A DNA stretch of 28,345 nt from an uncultured Aquificales bacterium (lineage in GTDB: Bacteria; Thermosulfidibacterota; Thermosulfidibacteria; Thermosulfidibacterales; Thermosulfidibacteraceae): assembly GCA_964411615.1 (NCBI GenBank), contig CAYPLO010000015.1:1-28345 (forward strand). The letters run 5' to 3'. The position numbers and the translations under genes are program-made. The notes under the pieces were generated by a model that worked only from the letters and a program-made list of their open reading frames with translations, searched no databases and was not told the DNA's origin. Of the stretch, positions 10,685 to 19,954 are shown in pieces. Position 1 is the first letter of the stretch. Each line of letters opens with the position of its first letter.

Positions 10685-12895
10685 TCAAGCCTTTTTTAGC
10701 TCAACAGGAGCCACCCACCTGCCCTTGAGAAGGGAACCAACGGGGAACCTCTCAAAACCGGCTGTAAGAACCACAGTCCCCTGAGGCTGTCCCTCCCTGA
10801 TAACGGCCCTGAACTCAAAGGTACCCCCCTCGTTGGAGACCAGAACCTTATCCCCCTGGGAAACCCCCAGGCGAGAGGCGTCCTTAGGAGATAGGAAGGC
10901 CTCAGGGGCATCAAGCACCTCGGAGAAGCTGGAGCACCAGCCCGAGTATCTGGCGGACCTGTAGAAGGGCTCCTCCACAAGGGCCACAGTTCCACCCTCC
11001 ACCTCAACCAGCTCACCGGAGAGCTTGGGATTTTCCACACCGTCAAGCTCCAGGTCCGAAGCATCGGAGCTAACAGAAACCCCCAGTCTCTCCCCTATGG
11101 CCGAAAGCCAGCTCCTCAGGGGCTTAGACTCTCCCCTGGGGGACATGGCCGGCCTTCTCCTCTTCAGACTCCAGAAGAGGTTAACCAAGCTTCCCCCATC
11201 CTCGGCAAAGCTGACAAGGGGGAGGAAGTAGTCCGCATAGGCTGCGGTCTCGTGGAAGAAGAGGTCCGCCACCACAAGGAAATCGGCACTTCCAAGGGCC
11301 TCCCTCACAAGCCTCAGGTCAGGGTATGTGGCGAAGAGGTCCACTCCCAGAACCAGAAGGGCCTTTATCCTGCCCTCTTTGACCCCATTGAGTATGGCTC
11401 CCACCCCATCACCGTAAAGCCCAAGGGCGTAAAGCCCCTTGGGGTTGCTTCCCCTGTCCAGCATGAGGTAACTCCAGCCCCTCTCAGAGGCCGCCTTCAA
11501 CACCTGTGCCCTCAATGCGGCGGATGCCCTCGTCCCCACCACAACCAGAAGCTCACCGGAGAGCATTCCTTTAAGAGTCTCCCTCTCATCGTCGGTAAGC
11601 TGCAACTCATCGGGCACCTCACCGGAGAGCACCCTGCTCACAAGCACCTCTTCGGTGCCCGCAGGCAGAAGGGCAAACACATGGGCCCTCTCACCCAAGA
11701 AGGTGTCGTTGGCTGAAAGCACAGCCACCCTGGCACCGTTCTGCTTGGCCTTCAGTATGGACAGGGCCAGAACGGGATGGGACACCCCAACATCCCCGGC
11801 CACCACAAGTATGTTTTTGGCCGATTCAACCTGAGATATATCCGACACCCCCTTCACCGGGAGGTAGTCCTCACCGTAAACCCTGTAATCCACAGAGGCA
11901 CCCAGGGCATCCACCAGCCCCTTTAAGGCCACACCATCCTCAAGCACAAGGGAAGGAGACACCACAAAGGCCACCTCACCCCTTCCAAATCCCTTCAGGG
12001 CCTCGGCAACGGCGGAGATGGCCTCATCCTGTGCTATAGAGACCATCTTCTCCCCATCCCTCTTCAGGGGGAAGGTGAGCCTCTCGGAGTGGTTAACAAA
12101 GTCAAAGGCGTAGTAGCCCTTATCGCATACCCACGGGGTGGGGTCGGCCATGTTGTGCTTCACTTTGAAGAGCTGGTTCTCCCTCACCCCCAAATCTAAG
12201 GAGCACCCCAGCTCGCAGTGGTCGCACACGCTCCTGGTGAAATCCAGCTTCCATATGCGGGTTTTGTACCTGTAGAGCCTTGAGGTTATGGCCCCAACGG
12301 GGCACACCTCAACAAGGTTCCCGGTAAAGTAGTTGGCAACTTTATCGCTCTCATAGGAGCCTATGAGAGAATGGGCCGCCCTCCAGTATACGTTCCAGTC
12401 GGTTCCGTGCATCACCTCGGTGCCGAACCTCACACAGCGCTTACAGAGGATACATCTGGACTGCTCATGGACTATCAGAGGTCCGTAGAACTTGGTGGGG
12501 TAGAGCTCCTTCTCGTCAACGAATCTGCTGGTGGCCTTTCCGTATCTGAAGGTTATATCCTGAAGCTGGCACTCACCAGCCTGGTCGCATATGGGGCAGT
12601 CAAGGGGATGGTGCAGAAGCTGGAACTCTATGATGCCCTCCCTGGCCTTCCTCACCCTGTCGGTGTTTGTCTTCACCACCATACCGTCCCTCACCTGTGT
12701 CACACAGGCAGGGGCCAGCTTTGGCATACCCTCCACCTCAACCAGGCACATGCGGCATAGCCCTGCAGGCTTCAGGTAGGGATGGTAGCAGAAGTAGGGG
12801 ATATCCACACCGGCCCTCATGGCCGCCTGCAGGATGGTGGCGTTATCGGGAACCTCAACGGTTATGCCGTCTATGGTGACCTTGACCATACCCAA
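10685..12895 (-). CDS. nuoG: NADH-quinone oxidoreductase subunit G
   Basis: FCYH..CRMC..C (N1b), HPLDCPICDQAGEC (N5), CILCKRC..CP (N4), CDHCELGC..CDKG (N7); degenerate molybdopterin-oxidoreductase-like C-terminus. TTG start after GGAGG, or ATG 12889. Confidence 0.95.
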   Translation of the reverse strand: MGMVKVTIDGITVEVPDNATILQAAMRAGVDIPYFCYHPYLKPAGLCRMCLVEVEGMPKLAPACVTQVRDGMVVKTNTDRVRKAREGIIEFQLLHHPLDCPICDQAGECQLQDITFRYGKATSRFVDEKELYPTKFYGPLIVHEQSRCILCKRCVRFGTEVMHGTDWNVYWRAAHSLIGSYESDKVANYFTGNLVEVCPVGAITSRLYRYKTRIWKLDFTRSVCDHCELGCSLDLGVRENQLFKVKHNMADPTPWVCDKGYYAFDFVNHSERLTFPLKRDGEKMVSIAQDEAISAVAEALKGFGRGEVAFVVSPSLVLEDGVALKGLVDALGASVDYRVYGEDYLPVKGVSDISQVESAKNILVVAGDVGVSHPVLALSILKAKQNGARVAVLSANDTFLGERAHVFALLPAGTEEVLVSRVLSGEVPDELQLTDDERETLKGMLSGELLVVVGTRASAALRAQVLKAASERGWSYLMLDRGSNPKGLYALGLYGDGVGAILNGVKEGRIKALLVLGVDLFATYPDLRLVREALGSADFLVVADLFFHETAAYADYFLPLVSFAEDGGSLVNLFWSLKRRRPAMSPRGESKPLRSWLSAIGERLGVSVSSDASDLELDGVENPKLSGELVEVEGGTVALVEEPFYRSARYSGWCSSFSEVLDAPEAFLSPKDASRLGVSQGDKVLVSNEGGTFEFRAVIREGQPQGTVVLTAGFERFPVGSLLKGRWVAPVELKKA

Positions 12896-12898
12896 CGG

Positions 12899-14170
12899 TT
12901 AACCTCCTAAGGGACATCTTCCCGTCTTTATGTGCTCCTCAAACTCTTCCCTGAACTTGGTGATTCCACTGATAAGCGGTCCAAGGGCGGCATCCCCCAA
13001 GGGGCAGAGGCAGTTACCACCCATTATCTCCTTCATATCAAGAAGCACATCCAGGTCCTCCATGCGGCCCCTCCCCGCCACTATCCTGCTGAGAATCTGA
13101 ACCATCCACCTGGTCCCCTCACGGCAGGGGGTGCACTGGCCGCAGGACTCATGGGCGTAGAACTTGGCCATACGGTAGACCGCCTTTACTATGCAGGTGG
13201 TGTCGTCCATCACTATAACGGCTCCAGAGCCCAGCATGGACCCTGCCGCCTGAAGGGACTCGTAGTCCAGAAGAACCCCCTCTATCTCCTCCGCCCTAAG
13301 CATGGGGGTGGAGGAGCCGCCGGGGATAACCGCCTTGAGTTTCCTGCCATCCCTTATGCCACCAGCTATATCGTATATGAGCTCCTTGAAGGGAGTGCCC
13401 AGCTCAAGCTCGTAAACACCGGGCCTCTTCACATGCCCGCTTATGGAGAAGAGCTTGGTCCCCTTGCTCTTCTCGGTCCCAAGGGAGGCGTACCAGTCCC
13501 CACCCTTCTCAACAATGAAGGGGACCGTTGCCAGGGTCTCAACGTTGTTTATCACTGTGGGATGCTGGTAGAGTCCCTTGGAAGCAGGGAAAGGAGGCCT
13601 TATCCTGGGATGCCCCCTCCTCCCCTCAAGGGAGTTGAGAAGGGCCGTCTCCTCACCACACACGTAGGCGCCGGCTCCCCTGTGGACGGTTATCTTTATA
13701 GCGTAGCCGGAACCCAGAGCGTTCTCACCGAGGATACCGGCAGCCTCCGCCTCCTCTATGGCCCTCTCAAGGACCTGTGCACCGTACTCGTACTCTCCCC
13801 TTATGTATATGAAGGCTTCATGGGCCCCTATGGCGTATGCGGATATGGCGATGCCCTCCAAAAGCAGATGGGGGTCCTTCTCTATGATTACCCTGTCCTT
13901 GAAGGTTCCAGGCTCTCCCTCATCGGCGTTGCACACAAGGTACTTGGGCTCATCGGTCTTGGGCACGAAACTCCACTTGAGCCCTGTTGGGAATCCCGCT
14001 CCTCCCCTGCCCCTGAGCCCAGACTTCTTCACCTCCTCCACTATCTCTTCCGGTTTCATCTCAAAGAGGGCCTTGCGCAGCCTCTCGTATCCACCAGAGG
14101 CCCTGTAGGTCTCAAGCCTCTCCGAATCGGGCTTATCAACGTTGGCCAGAAGGAGCCTATACTCTCCCAT
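12899..14170 (-). CDS. nuoF: NADH-quinone oxidoreductase subunit F (FMN, NADH-binding)
   Basis: GLRGRGGAGFPTGLKW, NADEGEPGTFKD, GAGAYVCGEETAL, ESCGQCTPCREG..CPLGD. Confidence 0.98.
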   Translation of the reverse strand: MGEYRLLLANVDKPDSERLETYRASGGYERLRKALFEMKPEEIVEEVKKSGLRGRGGAGFPTGLKWSFVPKTDEPKYLVCNADEGEPGTFKDRVIIEKDPHLLLEGIAISAYAIGAHEAFIYIRGEYEYGAQVLERAIEEAEAAGILGENALGSGYAIKITVHRGAGAYVCGEETALLNSLEGRRGHPRIRPPFPASKGLYQHPTVINNVETLATVPFIVEKGGDWYASLGTEKSKGTKLFSISGHVKRPGVYELELGTPFKELIYDIAGGIRDGRKLKAVIPGGSSTPMLRAEEIEGVLLDYESLQAAGSMLGSGAVIVMDDTTCIVKAVYRMAKFYAHESCGQCTPCREGTRWMVQILSRIVAGRGRMEDLDVLLDMKEIMGGNCLCPLGDAALGPLISGITKFREEFEEHIKTGRCPLGG

Positions 14171-14179
14171 AAAGCCACC

Positions 14180-14668
14180 TCACTTTAAGCTGTCCAAAAT
14201 GGCGTCCACCTTCTCAACGGTCAGATTCTCGTAGTAGTCCTTGTTTATCATCATGGCCGGAGCCTTGCCGCAGGAGCCCAGACACTCAACGGTTATCAGG
14301 GTGAACTTTCCATCGGGGGTGGTCTCCCCCACCTTAATTCCCAGCTTCTTCTCTATGTGCCTGACAATCTCCTCGGCCCCGTTTATCATACAGGAGATGT
14401 TGGTGCAGACCTGTATCAGGTATTTGCCCACCTTTTTGAGGTTGTACATGGTGTAGAAACTGGCCACAGAATAGACCTCAGCAGGGGGCAACCCGAAGAG
14501 CTTAGCCACCCACTTTATGGCCTCCGCATCAAGGTAACCCTTCTCGTCCTGAACCGCGTGGAGCACCTGAAGAAGGGCAGAACGCCTATCAGGATAACGG
14601 TTCATAAGCCTCTCTATCCTCTCCCAGGTCTCGGGACCCACAAAGCTCCTGTCCACAGCCACCTTCAC
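14180..14668 (-). CDS. nuoE: NADH-quinone oxidoreductase subunit E ([2Fe-2S])
   Basis: VASFYTMY, CTNISC, ECLGSC; GTG start overlapping the nuoCD stop. Confidence 0.96.
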   Translation of the reverse strand: MKVAVDRSFVGPETWERIERLMNRYPDRRSALLQVLHAVQDEKGYLDAEAIKWVAKLFGLPPAEVYSVASFYTMYNLKKVGKYLIQVCTNISCMINGAEEIVRHIEKKLGIKVGETTPDGKFTLITVECLGSCGKAPAMMINKDYYENLTVEKVDAILDSLK

Positions 14669-16338
14669 TTGTCCACCTCACCCAGGACTATGTCTATGCT
14701 ACCTATGGCGGTAACCACATCCGCCACCTTGTGCCCCTTTATCATCAGGGGCAACGCCTGAAGGTTTATGAGAGACGGGGACCTTATATGCATCCTGTAG
14801 GGCTTGGGGCTTCCATCGCTGACGATGTAGAAGCCCAGCTCCCCCTTGGGGGCCTCAACTGCGTGGTAGACCTCACCCTTAGGGGGCCTAACCCCCTCTA
14901 TCACCTGCTTGAACTGGTGTATAAGGGCCTCTATGTTGGCCCTATCCCCCCTCACCTCCTCCATGGGGGGGAAGTTGTACTTGCCCATGCCGAACCTGAC
15001 AGGCTCACCCTCGTGCTCCTCAAGCCTCTCAAGGGCCTGGAGGATTATCCTCCTGCTCTGCCTCATCTCCTCCATGCGCACCAGGTACCTGTCAAAGGTG
15101 TCCCCGTTCTCCCCAACGGGCACATCAAAGGCGAACTCATCGTACCCCGCATAGGGGTAGGCCTTCCTCAGGTCCCAGTTCACACCGGAACCCCTCAGCA
15201 CAGGCCCCGTTGCCCCGTACCTTATGGCGTCCTCCTTGGTGAGGACCGCCACCCCTTCGGTTCTCACCCGCCATATCTTGTTGTTGGTGAGAAGCCCATG
15301 GCACTCATCAAGGGTCCTGGGGAACTCATCCAGGAACTTGCGCACCCTGGGGATGAAGTCCTCGGGGACATCCTCCCTCACACCGCCTATCCTGAAGTAG
15401 CTCTGGTGGAACCTGGCACCCGCCACAGACTCCCAGATGTCGTATATCTTCTCCCTCTCCTTGAAGGCGTAGAGGAAGACGGTGGCGGCACCTATGTCCA
15501 TGGCGTGGGTTCCCAGCCATATGAGGTGGCTGGCTATCCTGGCCAGCTCCACAAGTATCAGCCTTATGTACTTGGCCCTCGGAGTGGGCTCTATTCCGAG
15601 GAGCTTCTCAACCGCCAGAAGGTAGGCCAGGTTGTTGGATGGCGGGGCAAGGTAGTCCAGCCTGTCGGTAAGGGGGATAACCTGGTGGTAGGTCTTGTAC
15701 TCTGCCAGCTTCTCCGTCCCCCTGTGCAGATAACCCACTATGGGCTTGGAGTTTACGATGGTCTCCCCCTCAAGCTCCAGAAGCAACCTCAGGACACCGT
15801 GGGTAGAGGGATGTTGAGGACCCATGTTCAGTATCATGGTATCGGGCCTTGTGGGCTTGAACTCGGTCCTGGCTCCTCCCTCGTATATATCCTTATCGGG
15901 GTTCAGCCCCCTAAGGGGGTAATCCTTGCGCAGGGGATAGCCCTCAAAGTCCGGGGGCAAATACAGCCTCTCGAGCTCGGGATGCCCCTTAAACTCTATA
16001 CCGAACATGTCGTAGACTTCACGCTCGTGCCAGTTGGCAGTGGGCCAGATGTCGGATACCGTATCCACCTCACCGCTGGTGGGGACCTTGAGCCTTATCT
16101 CCTCCTTGGTCTCCATGTTCCTGAGGTAATAGACCACGTAGAACCTGTCCCCAGAAGCTCCGTTGTCAACACCGCAGAGGTCCACCAAGAAGTTGTAGCC
16201 CTCCTGGTCCCTCAAGGTGAAGCAGACATCCCTCAGAACCGAGGGGGACAGATACAGGGTGGTCTCACCCCTGAACTCCTCAACCTTCAGAACAGACTCC
16301 TGGAAACGCCTCTTTATGCTCTCAACCGCCTTCACCAT
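14665..16338 (-). CDS. nuoCD: Fused NADH-quinone oxidoreductase subunit C/D
   Basis: NuoC motifs (DLCGVD, WHEREVYDMFG, PLRKDYPL) continuous in frame with NuoD motifs (NMGPQHPSTHGVLRL, GYLHRG, DRLDY, EAPKGE, DIVLGEVDK). Confidence 0.97.
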   Translation of the reverse strand: MVKAVESIKRRFQESVLKVEEFRGETTLYLSPSVLRDVCFTLRDQEGYNFLVDLCGVDNGASGDRFYVVYYLRNMETKEEIRLKVPTSGEVDTVSDIWPTANWHEREVYDMFGIEFKGHPELERLYLPPDFEGYPLRKDYPLRGLNPDKDIYEGGARTEFKPTRPDTMILNMGPQHPSTHGVLRLLLELEGETIVNSKPIVGYLHRGTEKLAEYKTYHQVIPLTDRLDYLAPPSNNLAYLLAVEKLLGIEPTPRAKYIRLILVELARIASHLIWLGTHAMDIGAATVFLYAFKEREKIYDIWESVAGARFHQSYFRIGGVREDVPEDFIPRVRKFLDEFPRTLDECHGLLTNNKIWRVRTEGVAVLTKEDAIRYGATGPVLRGSGVNWDLRKAYPYAGYDEFAFDVPVGENGDTFDRYLVRMEEMRQSRRIILQALERLEEHEGEPVRFGMGKYNFPPMEEVRGDRANIEALIHQFKQVIEGVRPPKGEVYHAVEAPKGELGFYIVSDGSPKPYRMHIRSPSLINLQALPLMIKGHKVADVVTAIGSIDIVLGEVDK

Positions 16339-16344
16339 AGCGCC

Positions 16345-16905
16345 CTATCCCACAGATATTTTGTTCTTGAACCCTTCCTGCTCTATCTTCTTCTGAAGCA
16401 TGAGAACCGCCTGAAGCAGAGCCTCTGGCCTGGGGGGACAGCCGGGAATGTAGATATCAACAGGTATGAGCCTGTCCACCCCCTGGACCACGGCATAGCT
16501 GTCGTATATGCCACCCCCAACGGCGCAGGCACCCATGGCTATCACCCACTTGGGCTCTGGCATCTGGTCGTAGACCTTTTTAAGAACGGGGGCCATCTTC
16601 TTGGTCAGGGTGCCCGCAACTATCAGGAGGTCCGCCTGCCTCGGCGAAGCCCTGAAGACCTCCGCTCCGAACCTGGCCATATCAAACCTGGAGGCAGCGG
16701 TGGCCATCATCTCAATGGCACAGCAGGCAAGCCCAAAGGTGCAGGGCCATATAGACCACTTCCTGGCCCAGTTCACCAGCTTGTTGACGGTGGTGATGAG
16801 AACACTCCCCTCAAGGAGGGAGAGCTCCTCCTGAGTAACCTCCTGCCCACCAGCCTCCGGCCTTACTACCTCAATCTCCCTGACAGGTGCCCTCTTCACT
16901 CCCAT
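16345..16905 (-). CDS. nuoB: NADH-quinone oxidoreductase subunit B
   Basis: [29 protein letters not shown]. Confidence 0.97.
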   Translation of the reverse strand: MGVKRAPVREIEVVRPEAGGQEVTQEELSLLEGSVLITTVNKLVNWARKWSIWPCTFGLACCAIEMMATAASRFDMARFGAEVFRASPRQADLLIVAGTLTKKMAPVLKKVYDQMPEPKWVIAMGACAVGGGIYDSYAVVQGVDRLIPVDIYIPGCPPRPEALLQAVLMLQKKIEQEGFKNKISVG

Positions 16906-17252
16906 TCCAGCGCTCCCCTACCAAGAACATAGACGTATATGAGAAGAAAGATGACGATAAATACCACCATCTCCACATAGCCCCAGAGCCCCATGGACTT
17001 GAACCTGACAGCCCATGGGTATGTGAAGACAACCTCTATATCAAAAATCAAAAAGAGAAGAGCTATGACGTAGTAGTGGATGAAGAAGGGCTTCCTCGCA
17101 TCCCCCACAGGCTCAACACCGCACTCGTAAGGGGAGCACTTAACAGGGTCAGGCCTTCTGGGACCCAGCAGGGACGAAAGGAGGATATTCACAGCCCCAA
17201 AGCCAAAGGCCAGCAGAGCCACAAGTATCAAGGGCCAGTAAACATCGTGCAT
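16896..17252 (-). CDS. nuoA: NADH-quinone oxidoreductase subunit A
   Basis: [26 protein letters not shown]. Confidence 0.97.
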   Translation of the reverse strand: MHDVYWPLILVALLAFGFGAVNILLSSLLGPRRPDPVKCSPYECGVEPVGDARKPFFIHYYVIALLFLIFDIEVVFTYPWAVRFKSMGLWGYVEMVVFIVIFLLIYVYVLGRGALEWE

Positions 17253-17280
17253 CCCGTATCCCCCCGCCAGTGGTAGGGGC

Positions 17281-17309
17281 TATTTAGCACGGGCCACAGG
17301 GAGGGTCAA
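17281..17309 (-). promoter_or_regulatory. Putative sigma70 promoter of the nuo operon
   Basis: Minus strand TTGACC (17309-17304), 17 nt, TAAATA (17286-17281) with extended TGn; about 28 nt upstream of nuoA ATG. Confidence 0.5.
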
Positions 17310-17313
17310 TAGA

Positions 17314-17346
17314 GAAAATGCATATTTTCACAAAAACCGTGTGAAA
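17314..17346. promoter_or_regulatory. Overlapping inverted repeats, candidate transcription-factor operator(s)
   Basis: GAAAAT-gcat-ATTTTC (17314-17329) and TTTCACA-N7-TGTGAAA (17326-17346) in an AT-rich patch between two divergent -35 boxes. Confidence 0.45.
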
Positions 17347-17350
17347 GAGA

Positions 17351-17379
17351 TTGACAAGAGCCAACGGCCATGAGAGCAT
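17351..17379 (+). promoter_or_regulatory. Putative sigma70 promoter of the GNAT gene
   Basis: Perfect TTGACA (17351-17356), 17 nt, TGn-GAGCAT (17374-17379). Confidence 0.5.
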
Positions 17380-17385
17380 AAAAGT

Positions 17386-17910
17386 ATGAAGGTGCAGCTT
17401 TCTGATGGAAGCCAGGTGAACATCAGGTTCCTTGAGCCTGGGGATGTGGACAGGCTCTACGAGTTCTTCCTGAAGAACATCAAGGAGGAGGACCTCCTGC
17501 TGTTCAAGGACAACGTGAGGGACTACTACCTGGTGAAGAGCTGGTGTGAGAACATAGACCACCACAAGGTCATACCCGTAGTGGCAGAGGCCGAAGACGG
17601 AAGAATCATAGGGGTGGGAAGCCTGCACAGGAGGTCCTACGGCTGGGCCAGGCAGGTGGGGAAGATAAGGGTCTCCATCTGTGCCTGGTGCAGGGGAAGA
17701 GGTCTGGGCAGGGCCATAATGGAGAGGCTCATAGAGATAGCGAGGGAGAAGGGCATAAAGGTGATAATAGCGGAGGTTCTCTCCGCCCAGGAAAGCGCCC
17801 TACAGACCCTGCGCAAAAGCCCCTTTGAAGAGCAGGCGGTGATTAAGGAGATATCAAGGGACCACAGGGGCAACCCCCTGGATCTGCACATATTCGTGCT
17901 CTATCTGTAG
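17386..17910 (+). CDS. Stand-alone GNAT family N-acetyltransferase (resembles Pat-type GNAT domain)
   Basis: LSDGSQVNIRFLEPGD N-terminus; acetyl-CoA motif A RGRGLGRAIMERLIEIAREKG; codon usage like neighbouring genes. Confidence 0.85.
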   Translation: MKVQLSDGSQVNIRFLEPGDVDRLYEFFLKNIKEEDLLLFKDNVRDYYLVKSWCENIDHHKVIPVVAEAEDGRIIGVGSLHRRSYGWARQVGKIRVSICAWCRGRGLGRAIMERLIEIAREKGIKVIIAEVLSAQESALQTLRKSPFEEQAVIKEISRDHRGNPLDLHIFVLYL

Positions 17911-19193
17911 AGCCACACTCCCCTCTCAAACAGTGGCGTCTCAAGGAGTATCCTGCCCTTGGGGTCCACCACGGCGGAGATGCCGGAGTTGGCGGACCTG
18001 ATGAGGTAGCTCCTGTTCTCAACGGCCCTTACAACGGCGGACCAGAGATGCATGTAGGGGGCTATGGTCCTTCCAAACCATGCGTCGTTGGTGATGTTCA
18101 CCATAAACTGAAACCTTCCCCTGTATCTTCTGATGTAGTGGGGAAAGGCCATCTCGTAGCAGATGCCACAGAAGAAGGTGCGATGGTCAAAGGTGAGAAG
18201 TGGAGGTGTCCCTCCCCTTCTGAAATCGGCGGGAAGGGCTATCTTCAATACTCTACCGATTATCCCGCGCCAGGGGACAAACTCTCCAAAGGGGACCAGT
18301 ATCCTCTTGTCGTAGTGGGCCACAACACTGCCCCTGTGGATGAGAACGGCCCTGTTTATATAGCCGTCTTTGTAGGCCAGAACCCCCATGAGGATGTGGG
18401 ATGGACAGCCAGAAACCCCTTTGAGGAAGTCAAAGGTCTGAGCATCAACGCCCCAGATAAAGGGCAGGGTGGTCTCCGGCGCCACCACCAGGTCAACCCC
18501 TGAGGAACAGGCCCTCTTCACCATCTCCTGCACAAGGGCCATGTTCCTCTTCTTTAACTTAGGGTCCCACTTCTCCCGCTCCCCCAGATTGGGCTGCACT
18601 ATGGCCACCTTCACCCCCAAAGAAGGGGGTGTGTAGGAGAACCACAGGGCCAGATTGGCCGCCACAAGCATAAGGGGAAGCCAGAGCCTCCTCTTTGAGC
18701 TGAGGCCCCAGTTGAAGAGGACCACAGATAGGTCCGCTCCCCACTGGGTCATGGGATAGGCAAGCTGTATGAGCCAGGGGGCATCTGCAAGGGCATGGGA
18801 GAGCATGAAGAAGGGAAAGCCGTAGATGAGCCTGTACCTGAGCCACTCAAGGGGAACGTAGGCAAGGGCAAAGGGTAAGGCCCTCCAGCCCACAAGCCTC
18901 CCCCACAGACCCCAGAGGAGGAAGTAGAGGGAAAGGTAGAGGCTCAGAGCCACATAGGCGGCAATGGCCACAGGCCATCCGGTGTGGCCGTAGCTGTTGA
19001 GGGTCCTGGGTATCCAGTAGAGGACGGAGAACCAGAACAGAAGGCCGGCAATCCACACATGGATAACCCCAATCCTGCCCCTCTCAATCCCAACCATCAG
19101 TGGAACGAAGGCGCACAGGACGAAGACCCAGTGGGAGGGGAAGGGGATAAAGGACAGAATCAGTAAGAAAGATGAAAGGAGGGCATACAGCAT
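17901..19193 (-). CDS. lnt: Apolipoprotein N-acyltransferase
   Basis: N-terminal TM helices plus nitrilase triad: APET, YDKRILVPFGE, GICYE, NITNDAWFG, RAVEN..RSANSGIS. Confidence 0.93.
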   Translation of the reverse strand: MLYALLSSFLLILSFIPFPSHWVFVLCAFVPLMVGIERGRIGVIHVWIAGLLFWFSVLYWIPRTLNSYGHTGWPVAIAAYVALSLYLSLYFLLWGLWGRLVGWRALPFALAYVPLEWLRYRLIYGFPFFMLSHALADAPWLIQLAYPMTQWGADLSVVLFNWGLSSKRRLWLPLMLVAANLALWFSYTPPSLGVKVAIVQPNLGEREKWDPKLKKRNMALVQEMVKRACSSGVDLVVAPETTLPFIWGVDAQTFDFLKGVSGCPSHILMGVLAYKDGYINRAVLIHRGSVVAHYDKRILVPFGEFVPWRGIIGRVLKIALPADFRRGGTPPLLTFDHRTFFCGICYEMAFPHYIRRYRGRFQFMVNITNDAWFGRTIAPYMHLWSAVVRAVENRSYLIRSANSGISAVVDPKGRILLETPLFERGVWLYR

Positions 19194-19198
19194 CTACC

Positions 19199-19954
19199 TC
19201 AGAGCCTTACGGGAACACCCTTAGACTTCAGGTACTCCTTGGCCTGCCTCACAGAGTACTCCCTGAAGTGGAAGATGGATGCGGCAAGAACAGCATCGGC
19301 CTTCCCCTCAACGATTCCCTCGTAGAGGTGTTCAAGGTTGCCGGCTCCACCTGAGGCTATCACCGGTATGCTCACCGCTTCAGAGACGGCCCTGGTCAGC
19401 TCAAGGTCGTATCCGTCCTTGGTCCCGTCCCTGTCCATGCTGGTGAGCAGTATCTCCCCGGCCCCCAGCTCCTCCACCCTCTTCGCCCATTCAAGCGCAT
19501 CTATACCCGTGGGGGTTCTGCCCCCGTGGACATAAACCTCCCAGGAGTTTCCCCTCCTCTTTGCGTCTATAGCCACAACTATGCACTGGCTACCAAAGGC
19601 ACGGGCCGCCTCCCTCACAAGCTCAGGCCTTTTGACCGCCGCCGTGTTGATGGAGACCTTGTCAGCCCCCGCCTTGAGCAGCGCCCTTATGTCCTCAAGG
19701 GTCCTTATACCCCCACCTACGGTGAAGGGCATGAAGACCTGCTCAGCCACCCTCCTCACCACATCTATCATTATGAATCGCTTCTCGTAAGAGGCGGTTA
19801 TGTCCAAAAAGACCAGCTCGTCCGCCATCTCCTCGTCGTAGTACCGGGCGTTCTCCACAGGGTCCCCGGCATCCCTCAGGTTCACAAAGTTCACCCCCTT
19901 AACGACCCTCCCCTCTTTAACGTCCAAGCAGGGTATGATTCTCTTAGCCAGCAT
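19199..19954 (-). CDS. hisF: Imidazole glycerol phosphate synthase cyclase subunit
   Basis: [45 protein letters not shown]. Confidence 0.98.
   Translation of the reverse strand: MLAKRIIPCLDVKEGRVVKGVNFVNLRDAGDPVENARYYDEEMADELVFLDITASYEKRFIMIDVVRRVAEQVFMPFTVGGGIRTLEDIRALLKAGADKVSINTAAVKRPELVREAARAFGSQCIVVAIDAKRRGNSWEVYVHGGRTPTGIDALEWAKRVEELGAGEILLTSMDRDGTKDGYDLELTRAVSEAVSIPVIASGGAGNLEHLYEGIVEGKADAVLAASIFHFREYSVRQAKEYLKSKGVPVRL

Noticed and set aside
12932..14188. 418-aa + strand ORF antisense to nuoF
   Set aside because: Same shadow effect; coextensive with nuoF and without protein-family features.
14731..16932. 733-aa + strand ORF antisense to nuoCD/nuoB
   Set aside because: Codon-aligned shadow of well-conserved genes; explained by scarcity of TTA/CTA/TCA codons in the sense frame and by nuoB and nuoCD sharing a frame; no recognisable motifs.
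17284..17628. 114-aa - strand ORF upstream of nuoA
   Set aside because: Antisense to the GNAT and runs through the promoter region; no motif support.
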